From NCBI RefSeq assembly GCF_006345805.1, contig NC_042999.1:100564001-100628000 (forward strand): a DNA stretch of 64,000 bases, given 5' to 3'. Made by a program: the position numbers and the translations under genes. This DNA comes from Octopus sinensis. Lineage: Eukaryota. Below are positions 1-10,355 of the stretch, in pieces. The notes under the pieces are model-generated. The model saw only the letters and a program-made list of their open reading frames with translations. It was not told where the DNA came from and ran no database searches. The first letter of the stretch is position 1. Each line of letters starts with the position of its first letter.

Positions 1-1874
1 TCATAAAGAAAACACTTAAAGCACTCCTTCCTTCCTCAGTTTCAGATCTTTGTAAAACAATTTTCCCTATATTGAATATTATTAAGAACAAGTACAGGTC
101 AGTTTCAAACACTGGGAGAGGAACTAAGAATAGGCTTGTCAATCATACAACCTCAGAAAAGATGTATCATAAGACATTAACAGTTATCATACATTCAGTC
201 TAGAAATGCCCAGTATCTACACCAATATTACAATAAAATCTTTTCACTTTCACTACTTCATCTTTAGTTTATGTGTACAATTAGAAGTAAAATCAAACTT
301 TATACTAGAGAACTGCAATTTTTAATGCAGTACACTGCTGTGCATTCCTTTACAGAAAAGTTTAGTATGTGCACCCATCTATTTTAAAACAATTTAACAC
401 TCTTTTTATATAATCAAACTTGAAATGCTCATGTGCTGTATACTTGTAGCACCTTATTCAGTGCACTGGTTGAAAATTACTAATCTGGAAAAAGGGTTTG
501 TGCTGATGTCTTGTGTGGGCTCTTTAATATTGAAACAATGATTATGGTGTCTGGTATGCTAAATCAGGAACTTTTGAGATGAAGGTATTATTGTTTTAAC
601 CAGGTCAGCTTTAACTGACCAGAGTATGGTGAAAGGCATTCCACCCATGAACATCTCATTTTTTCTTCACTCAGTGTATCTAAGATGTTATCCATCTACT
701 TCCTTTTGTTAAAAATAGGATGTGAACTGAAGGATATTTGGCTGCTATTTCTTGAAGCTCCTTTCTTGGTTAGTATGTAGTGTATGTTGTTGCACAAACA
801 TTTAACCAACTTTGCCCTAAGCCCATCACTAAGTTGCTTACTAATTATAGTGACTGTTCTTATTTACTCTAGAAATAAGTTTGACAGCTTACAGTATTAA
901 TTAACATAGTGTGTTGTTTAAAAGAAAACTGTAAATGACTGGAGCTAGCACAGACAAAAAGTAAAAATAAAAATCACTTGAAAACAAGACCAGAAGTTCA
1001 ATGGATTCACTCTTTGCTCTTAAGCTAGAAGCCACCATTAGCAGCTCATTTGCTCCATCACACATCCTTAATGCTAAAGATAAGAGTTATTACATCCATA
1101 GCTGAATAAAATTAGGTACTGAAATACCTTTTTTAATTTTTTTTTGTCAGTTGATTACGTTTTACAGCCTGTGGCTTTTAGGAGATGCTGGATCTCTGTC
1201 AAAGAAGTTTTTTTACTTTTGCTAGCATCTGCCTCAGCTGTTCTGGTGCTTCAACCTTGCAATCACCTGTGGTAAAGTGGTGGATGTTTTAGGGATGACT
1301 TAAAAGATTTTCGTGGGAAACATCAGTCTCTTCTGGAGCAATGTACAATTACTGGGAGTGTGTATACCTGTTTTGATTATTAACTAATTTTCTTTCTTTG
1401 CCCCCCTCCCTCACCATTTTCTTACTGTTTACTTTAGTAAAATAAGTACTTTTGATGACGTACACAAGTTATTGGGAGTAACTTCAGACAAGAGCTTATT
1501 CTGTCATAATCTTAATTGACCTATCAGTTTATTAAGGCACAGAATAACACTTGTAACACAGAAAGGATAGTTATGTTCTTCGATTATAATATAATGTTCA
1601 TGCTTTTTCAAAAACATTAGCAGTAGAAGTAATGTGATCCGAAGCCATTCGCAACTAGGATAACTTATGGGAATATGACTTTTTGTGTGTGTCTTTCGTC
1701 TAACACGCAATTTAACTTCTCCGTCATGAGCCAAAGAGGTAACCTCCACATTAGTCATGGGCAAAATACGACTCGCAGAATTTCCCAAATGGCACAACTA
1801 ACGAAAAAAATCACCCTTAATCTTTTTAGTAATGCGGCCCACTTCTCAAAAAAGGTTGTCCATCCTTGTTCCTA

Positions 1875-2060
1875 CGTGATCGCCCGACATGCTAGAAATA
1901 GCAGCCAAATCTCCCTGATATTACAACCTACTGTTTAAAAAAAGAACATGTTAGACAACGTAGTCTGCTGTCCATACAAAAAAGGCAGGATGATCATAGC
2001 TAGATTTGTCTTCGAATATAGGTCTACTGGATCAGGACTGATCCACAATCGAACAACAAA
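1875..2060 (+). repeat. Unclassified dispersed repeat family (representative copy)
   Basis: CTAGAAATAGCAGCCAAATCTCCCT...GGATGATCATAGCT...GATCAGGACTGA...AAACAAC recurs at 540-760(-), 35845-35990, 40080-40460, 42175-42330, 50060-50340, 54765-54870, 58970-59100(-). Confidence 0.7.
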
Positions 2061-3156
2061 ACCTCAGTAGGTGAGGTTGTATTGAATCGTAGTTAAAAGA
2101 TTCCTGTTTTAGTAACACGCTGCTTTCAACAAGTCTTTGGTGCGTTATTTGTTATGCTTTTAAGCATGCGTGAATATCTTTTCATGTTTGTTTACTGTGT
2201 TCCTTAACTATATCAGTTCTGTATGTTGTTTTAAATATTATTATTAATATTTTCAGTAGTATGAATTAAAGTGACCTGGGATGACTGTGAAATCAATAGC
2301 TTACCACAAACTTATAAAGTGGTTAAGGGACTGTGACATCAGCGGGACGTATAAGTGAAACGGTTTCGAGTGAGATTCGAAACCGATTGGCTGATTGCCA
2401 CGAGAAGCTTACTTCCCTCATTCAATGCATTTGGCATTTTATTATTAACAAAACTTGAAAAGCAAATTAGAAAATGTACAATAACATTTCAAGTATTTTA
2501 ATCGATTTCGATATCACTTTCATAGAAACTTAAAAGCATATATATTGAAGTTTTTTTAATCTTTTTTTTTTTTAGATAAATTATCTAAGTTGCTTCCTGA
2601 TTGTCGCATGTTAAATATGACGGATGGTAATTAACTCGAATAATAAACCAATTAACTTAACAACGGTAATTTTAACAAGTCATCGGTCGGAGAATGTATT
2701 GCAAACAATAAAAATATCTAATAATAACGAAGGCAAGTTAATTAGCTAGATTAATTTCAATTCAAACAATCTGTTTCTTTAAAAAACAGAAACAAAGGAA
2801 ATTTTAAACTATCAAACTACAATCTGTGTAAAGAAAATGAATAGTCAGTTACTATAGACATATAACAATTTAAAATAATTGGAACGTTGGGATGTCGATG
2901 CCTCTCCCTCGTTTCATTGGAAACTATTTTACAGTAATTTGTTTTCTTAACAAAAACCTGAAATGTTTAGTGATGGAGCAACTATTAAAATTATGCGCTA
3001 GTACACGCCTTTTTTTTTTTTTTTTTTCTACATGACAGTTTCTATAACACGGGACAGCTAAAAAGCTATATAAAATCCATTTATAAAAATTAATATTTGA
3101 AATATACGAAGATTACACTACAAACATAAAATAAATATTCAGATAAAGATACTTAC

Positions 3157-3179
3157 GCTTTGCTTTTTTTAGAACTCAT
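3157..3179 (-). CDS. Putative first coding exon of an unidentified gene (MSSKKSK + 2 nt); remainder not found in window
   Basis: ATG AGT TCT AAA AAA AGC AAA GC|GTAAGT consensus donor, about 220 nt downstream of a motif-rich CpG-retaining promoter-like segment. Only 23 nt, so no product can be assigned. Confidence 0.4.
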
Positions 3180-3390
3180 TAAGAGTTTGGTGTGGACATG
3201 CAGTTGCTATGCTGGACAAATGGTCACAGTAAAAAGAGGCTTCAGCGCTGGCTGAAATTGAAGTAGTCGCCAAACAAGGCTTAAACATGAAAACTGTTTG
3301 TGTACATTTAACAATTAAAAGTCATTCTGTCTCCTTGATATTTACATGAGCTAAGTAATCCTGATCAACTGAACATATATATATCCATAA

Positions 3391-3470
3391 CACTCCAGAC
3401 ATTACCCGGAAGCACTCCAGTCACGTGGTCGCTCTTAGTCATTACGTCACTGTGTTGACTTCGTCAAACT
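3391..3470. promoter_or_regulatory. Promoter-like motif cluster
   Basis: ETS-like CCGGAAG 3406-3412, E-box CACGTG 3422-3427, CRE-like TTACGTCA 3442-3449, inverted repeat TTGAC-ttc-GTCAA 3455-3467; CpG retained across about 1.6-4.1 kb. Confidence 0.55.
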
Positions 3471-4293
3471 TCTGTTGTTTTGATTCCTATCTTTTTATTA
3501 AAAAATCATAATCGCTAAATATACTATGAAAATCAGTTACGAAATAATCATTTTGATGGCGAAAGTAAAGAATACGCACACGACCTATTTTCGGCGTTTA
3601 GGATTAGGGTCACGCCGAAACAGGGTAGTGTGCGTATTCTTTACCTCCACCCATTTTGACTTACTGTTTCAAAATATTATCCTATTTATGATAATTGGAG
3701 ACAGGATTTATAAGATAGAGAACAGTGATGGGAAGGGTGGGTGTTACTCAGAAAGACGTTCCCTTCTTTTCAGCTCACAAAAGACTGGAGGCTTATAGCA
3801 TCTTGTTCCACCTTCCCATTGCACCTTAATTCTTAGTAGCCTTTTGCATCATTTGTAGATAGAACAAAACAGATATACTATACTTTAATATTATCTAAAC
3901 TTTGATATTATCTAACCTTTAACGTTGGGGTACAAAGAGAGACAATTCAATAAAACGTTAGGGGTTAATTTCTTACTTAAAGACGTTATCTGTAGGGGGT
4001 GGAAACAGATAAGCAGGCAGCGTTTGTTTACGTGTTGTTGTTGAGACGGTTGACTTTTATTTTGAAATGCTTATTTAACACGCCTACCTGTTTACTCAAT
4101 TGTATATCTATTTAATGAGTCTTTCATCATTACTTCTGCAAGAAATATTTAATATTGTTCAATCACAAGTCATCCCTGACTCTACAGAGATCAATTATTA
4201 AAGGCATTCCATCTTTAACCATTTTGTTTTGCGTTCATACCTAATGAATCTATTATCCAGTATGTCCTTTACATTGGACTATAAGTTATGATT

Positions 4294-4561
4294 TCAGAAA
4301 GATTTCACTGTGTTATCTCTAGTAGGTCGAACCAACGTAGAGGTTTTCCCATTGTCCAGATGTGGGTCAGTGATGAGGTCTTTCACTGAGCGTACAAAGG
4401 GTGCAGGCATCCCACAGTACAAAAGATTTAGCAACTGTTGGTGAGGCACCACATGGGCAGAAAAATATGCATCCAAGTGAGCAAACCAAAGCGTGACATC
4501 ACCAGAGTATGAGGGTAAGTTGGGAAGACTCATTTTGTATAGAGAAGAGAAAAAAGGACCA
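4294..4561 (-). mobile_element. Ty3/Gypsy-type gag N-terminal remnant with PBS-like octamer
   Basis: ORF 4533-4294 MSLPNLPSYSGDVTLWFAHLDAYF...LPAPF-like...SVKDLITDP resembles the short LPxFxxxxPxLWFxQxEAxF gag N-domain of invertebrate Gypsy elements; TGGTCCTT (4561-4554) lies about 20 nt upstream of the ATG. No pol and no clear LTR pair. Confidence 0.6.
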
Positions 4562-7199
4562 AAGAACTGACAAAAGTGTTGCTGGAATAGTAATGTGTGT
4601 GCAAAAAAAATATTCTTAGCAAAATTTTATTATTTTTTTGTATACTGTATGCGGCAATGAAAAAAGTTTCTTTTTTAGTCGCTAAACCTGTGTTGCAGTC
4701 TGCTGAAAAAAAATTTCAAAAACCATTTCAACTTTTTGTTTCAGGCATATTGTACTGTGGACACCACTATTCTATGTGTTTTTTTTAAGGTGATAGGAAG
4801 GAAATAATCTTGTACATTGAGCAACCATCAGCTCCCTTATTGGCTTAGTATCTGCTTCCTTTCCTCAAGAGTTAGTTTTATAAACCACATGTGTTATTTA
4901 TCAAGCTCTACTTTATAGTACTTTCACTTCACAGTTCATCTTCCCAGATTTCCTACCTTTGAGCTGTCATAGCTGTCATAGGTTAAGAAATTTGCTTTAC
5001 AATCATGAGGTCCAATTTCATCCAACAACTGAACAGCATGGCACCTTGGGTAAATGTCTTCTCTTGGCTATGAGGGTGCATGGCCTAGGAGTTAAGATTT
5101 GATTCCCAGACCAGATGATGCATTGTATTCTTCAGCAAAACACCTTATCTCACGTTGCTTTGCAATCACTTCAACATGTAGCACACTATATACCTGTACA
5201 GGCAATGTCAGTTTGATGGAGCGAGTGAGCTTATATAAGCACAAACATTTGATCACTGTAAACAAATCATTTTGTGCATGTTGTTCAGCAAGAAACTGTA
5301 GAACCATCTTTCTTAGACTCAGAGACAACCCATGAAGGATTATCTCAAGATTTGTGAGTTAAGTTGCATAGACAGAAGCTGTATGAAAGCCTGAATGGTT
5401 TGTATCTGTAATCTAAAGACCTAACTTTATCATACAGTGTATCCTATTTATTTCATTTGAGAATTATATAAAGGTATGTGTGGAATATTCAACCACTTAC
5501 ATAATCCAATGAACAGGCTGTTCAGTTGATCAAATAATTGTATATTCATCATAAAAACAGACATGTCTTTTATTTATTTACTTATTTATTACCTAATGTA
5601 AAGCCATGAAAATGGTTTGAACTTATGACTTCTTAATCATTAAAACAACATATTATCATCCCAACACCCTTAAAAACTAGTATGAAACAATCCTTTCAAC
5701 TCTAGACACAAGGCCTGAAATCAACCCTGGTACTTACTTTATTGGCCCCAAAAAAGTGAAAGGCGAACTCAACCTTGGCAAAATTTGAACTCAGAAAGTA
5801 AAGCAAGAATAAATAGTGCTAACCATTTTGTGGTGCACTAATGATTCTGCCAGCTCACTGCCTTAAGCTTGTATGAAATAATGATATCTAAAATTTGCAA
5901 ATAGCTGCAAATTTAGTTAGGTAATTCTAACCATTTCAAGTAATTCTAGTACAAGACAGGCACTTAATTTAAAATTCCAGAAGGATGGAAAGTTTAGTTA
6001 ACTCTTGGATTTAAACTTAGAAAATATAAAGTCATAACTAAACATCCAAGATATTTAGTTAAGTACTCTTCCAATTTTGGCTACCTACCACTCATTGCAT
6101 ACAAATAACTTCCCATTAAAGATTGTGTCCTTACATCCACAGCAGTATTTTAAACAAGTGCACAGCAATCAGTAAAAATTGAATTAAAGATAAAAATTTT
6201 ATAAAGCCAGAGCTTTCATCATAATTAAATATGTTATCTGAATTGAATATGAAATTGTTATCATGTTGGGAAATAATTTCTGTTAGCTACTCATTATACA
6301 GTTCATTAATCATAATCTTATAATTTAAATTTGTTTATCCCCTTTCTGTGTTGTGATGGATCTATTTTAATCTGTGCATCAGTAAGTAATTATTTACATT
6401 AGAACAAAATATCTGATAAGAATAATATTCACCTGCCCCTACTCCCACCTGTATATGTGAGTTTTAATAGGATGCATGACTACAAGTGTTTGTGTTACTA
6501 TAATACATTAACTTAATACACATCAGCTTTCTTCTATTAAATATACTGAAGTACATTAACTGAACACATAAAATTCTTCTATTAAGCATGACTGCAGAAG
6601 AAGCCTCTAGACAATAGCTCAATCAGCTAAAAGCAGCAAATTCAATTGTAATAAAAAATAGGACATTGAATAATATAGACCTAGACATGCAAAAAGATGG
6701 AAATGACTATATAAAGATATAAGATATTTATTAGTAAGGAATTATTAAAGAAGTTTCTTAACTCTCTGGGTCATGAAGGTACCTCATAAAATCTTCACAC
6801 AGTGAAATCAGGGTAAGATGGTTTCAAATAACCAATCCTTATGCAATACTTATAAAATGCTTTGAACCTAGCACTGAAAGACTTATTAACCATACATAGT
6901 CTCAGGGTCTGTTTACAGCAGTGAACTATACTCAAATACTCCAACAGTTCCTATTTGGAGTTAGATGTACTGTACTATTTTAAGTTAAATAATTTTGCCA
7001 TTGACACAGGATATTCATTAACTATCAACTTTTCAATACAATTCATTATTTGATCATCTGCAGAAAATAAATAAATATAAAAAATATTTTTAAAATTGGC
7101 AGACTTAATCCAAATTCAACAATGTCAGCTGGCATATAATCTCCCTGTAAAATTACTGACAGACTTCATCTATATCTGGTCTCTTGGAATGGAGACTTC

Positions 7200-7640
7200 A
7201 TTTTAGATCAGACCATCACAGCATGTACTGAAGGAGCTCTGTCATACTCATACTCTATCAGTTTTAGTATGCTCAATGCTCAGTTCTATGCCCTACATTC
7301 TTCTTACTCCACAGATGACATCACTTTTTGTTCCCCACTTAACCTTCAATAACTAAGCATTATTAGAGTATTAGCGTGAAACTTATACATCACCTGCCGA
7401 ACCAGCACTGACTCTATGAACTATAACTTCATAAACAACATTCCCCAAAGGAGTCATGCCAATCTATCTACTTCAACACACAAGAGACACAACTACTACA
7501 CATATCAAGAAAACAATGTTGTAGCCTGTCCCAAAACATGCAACTAAAATTCTCAAGGTTGCTACAAATGCCAGGCCTCTCCGGCAAAAACTAGGGCAAG
7601 AAATTCATCTACAAACAATCACTAACTCTTCACAAAGTTC
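7200..7640 (-). mobile_element. Highly decayed non-LTR retrotransposon 3' fragment (RTE-X-like)
   Basis: Interrupted translation resembling the VIEGxVxGKRxRGRP... C-terminal region; many stops. Confidence 0.3.
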
Positions 7641-9640
7641 AAGTGAGAGTTACAATAGAGTATATCTCCCACATCTATGTTAGTGCTGTACAAACAGATA
7701 TTCCAGACTCCTGCATGCATGATTTTTTGGCATGAAGTCATTAGCTAATATAGACAAACCTCTTGGGCCACTGTCTTTTCACCCTGCATTTTCTACTACT
7801 ACAACAATCATCTCTGTCCTTTAGAGCTGGTTAGTCTCATACCATCTCTACTCAACTCTCGTCACCCACATTGTGTCCCCACCTAAGATCCCATGCTATT
7901 TCCTGATCTTTTCTTGTCAGAACATTATTTCTCTGAAATTCCCTTTTCTCTCATACTGATCTTAATAGTCTTGGAAGACCTGCAAAGACCATGGACACAG
8001 CCACTTTCTCCAGCCCAAACCAGATATACTTTAGATATATATTTACCATTTCTGCAATAGCAAAGATAGAGTCCATTTATACTTTTGTAATCCTAGAAAA
8101 AATATATGTATATAAAAGAAGGTGGTGGTGGTGGTGATGATGATGATGATAATAATAATAAGCTTCACACAGTTTATTTTCTTAATATTTTATTATGTAG
8201 TGAACTTGTACCAAAGTTAGAAATCAATATTTCTTTATATAAAATATTACATACAAATTATATGTGTAGTTCATAATGAAGTGCAGAGAGCTGCAAAAAT
8301 TAATTAATCAATAGCATTCAATGGCTAAGGACAAAAAGTTTACAATACATTATTAATCAGTTACATTGTACACTTTATTGATTAATCTTTCAATAGAATT
8401 CAAAATATGATTCAAAACACATATTCAATAGTCAGCTTTAAATTTATTCAATAAGTTACATGAGATATCGTTTTAAGTTAATGTCATTAGGGGAATTGTT
8501 ATTCGGGATGAATATGATCCCTCTTAAAAAATATTCAACCATGAAGTTGGTATAGCATTAGGTTTCCAAAATGGTGTATTGCCAATGGGGCAATACACAA
8601 GGGTTAACGATAACAAGGGTTCAATTATATGCGTATTAACTCCTATACATATTCATCATAACCTCAAACTACAGCTATAACTCTATAACAATAATATAAC
8701 TATATAATAGTAATAATAACAATAATGGTTGTTTCTGATATAGGCAAAATGTCATCAATTAAATTGACCTCAATATTTGACTGACATTTATTTTACCAAC
8801 CCCAGTACTTGTCTGGTACTTTATTTTATCAACCCCAGAGGGATGAAAGGCAACACTGGCCTTGGTACGATTTGAACTCGGAATGTAAAAAACCAGAACA
8901 AATACTGTAGGGTATTTTTTCTGACACTTTAATAATCTGCCTATCTACTAGCCCCTTAAGAGTTTCTAATATAAGCACAAGGCCTGAAATTTTTAGTGGA
9001 GAAGGTTAGTTGATACCATCTACTGCTGTATTTGACTGGTACTTTTTTCTTATTGACTGCAAAAGGACAAAAGACAAAGTTGACCATAGCAGTATTTAAA
9101 TTTAGATTGTAAAGAGTGGCAACAAATACTGCAAGGCATTTTGTCCAGTTCTTTTGCAATTCTGTCAACCTGCCTTCCTAATCTTAATATCAATATCAAT
9201 ATTAATAAATAATTATTTCTGTTAATCTTAAATAAGTATTTCTACTCTTAAATAAGGAATATTTATGAAATGCAATTTAGCTTTGATAAAATTTAAGCAA
9301 TGCAATGGTGAGAGACAGTTGAGACAGTAGAAAGTTAACACAGGTTGTTGTTCTGAGCTTAACTCCTGCCAGAGTTGATTCTGCTTTCATCCTTAAAAAG
9401 GTTAAATACGAAAGATGAAAATAAGTAAACATACTGATCTGGTTCAATCATTCATATCTTCTGTTATACAAACTTAGCTTTGTGACTAATCAAATGAAAT
9501 TAATATTTAACAAAAGCAGTAGAATAAATAATATAGTGCATTTGATATTTTTTTTAAACATAAAAACAAATAAACAAGACAGAAAAAACTATTGATACTA
9601 TTGTATTTGTATTGTACACTATTGTATTATTCTCATCTGG

Positions 9641-9718
9641 TTAACTTGTTATATCGGTAAAGATGCCATATGGTCGTGTTCGTAATTGGTGATCATCCCC
9701 TAAAGTATCTCGCACCAT
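9641..9718 (-). CDS. EXOC3: EXOC3 terminal coding exon 23 ([25 protein letters not shown])
   Basis: ttttag|ATG ... TAA; 78 nt; position and length fit the Sec6 C-terminus. Confidence 0.85.
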   Translation of the reverse strand: MVRDTLGDDHQLRTRPYGIFTDITS

Positions 9719-10314
9719 CTAAAATAAACAAAGTTATACAATTTAGTTGGTGAAGCATTGTGAAGCAATTTCAAGAAAAACAAATACATACACACACACA
9801 AAAAAAAAAAAATAGGTACGAAGTCAATGGACAAGCTGTTGACAAGGGAAATGACAGCAATGTCAATGCTTGCAGTTTAGCAATTTTCAGAGATGCATAA
9901 ATGTAAACAAACATGAATGCATGCATGCACTAACACACACACACACACAGAGGATGGCATTTGTTTTAGTTTCTGTCTATCAAATCCACACACAGGACTT
10001 TGGTTAAACTGAGCCTAGAGCAGAAGTCACGCTTTAGATTGAAAACTTTTTTCTTGAGTTTGTATGCATTAGCATGCATTAACTCACACACACAAACACA
10101 TATCGGCAAGCACACAATTAAAGATATACACTACAAAAATTAATAACTTGGATTAAATTACATTTTAAGAAACTTGAGATACAAGAACATAGAACTGACC
10201 TTCTGAGCTTCTGATCTTGTCATGTCACCTCGACAAAGCAAAAGATTGATCAGTTGATCTCGACGCATGTCTGGGTATTTATTCACTAGACCCTGCAAAA
10301 AAGATAAATTGCAT

Positions 10315-10355
<41 letters not shown>

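Noticed and set aside
1150-1340. Coding-looking stretch with splice-like signals, considered as exon 2 of the unidentified gene
   Set aside because: All minus frames contain stops, there is no minus-strand polypyrimidine acceptor in the required phase, and plus frames match nothing recognisable; two in-frame TGAs without SECIS evidence do not justify a selenoprotein call.
3157-3179. MSSKKSK resembles the start of myosin regulatory light chains
   Set aside because: Seven residues are insufficient and no RAQRATSNVF exon is present in 1-3150.
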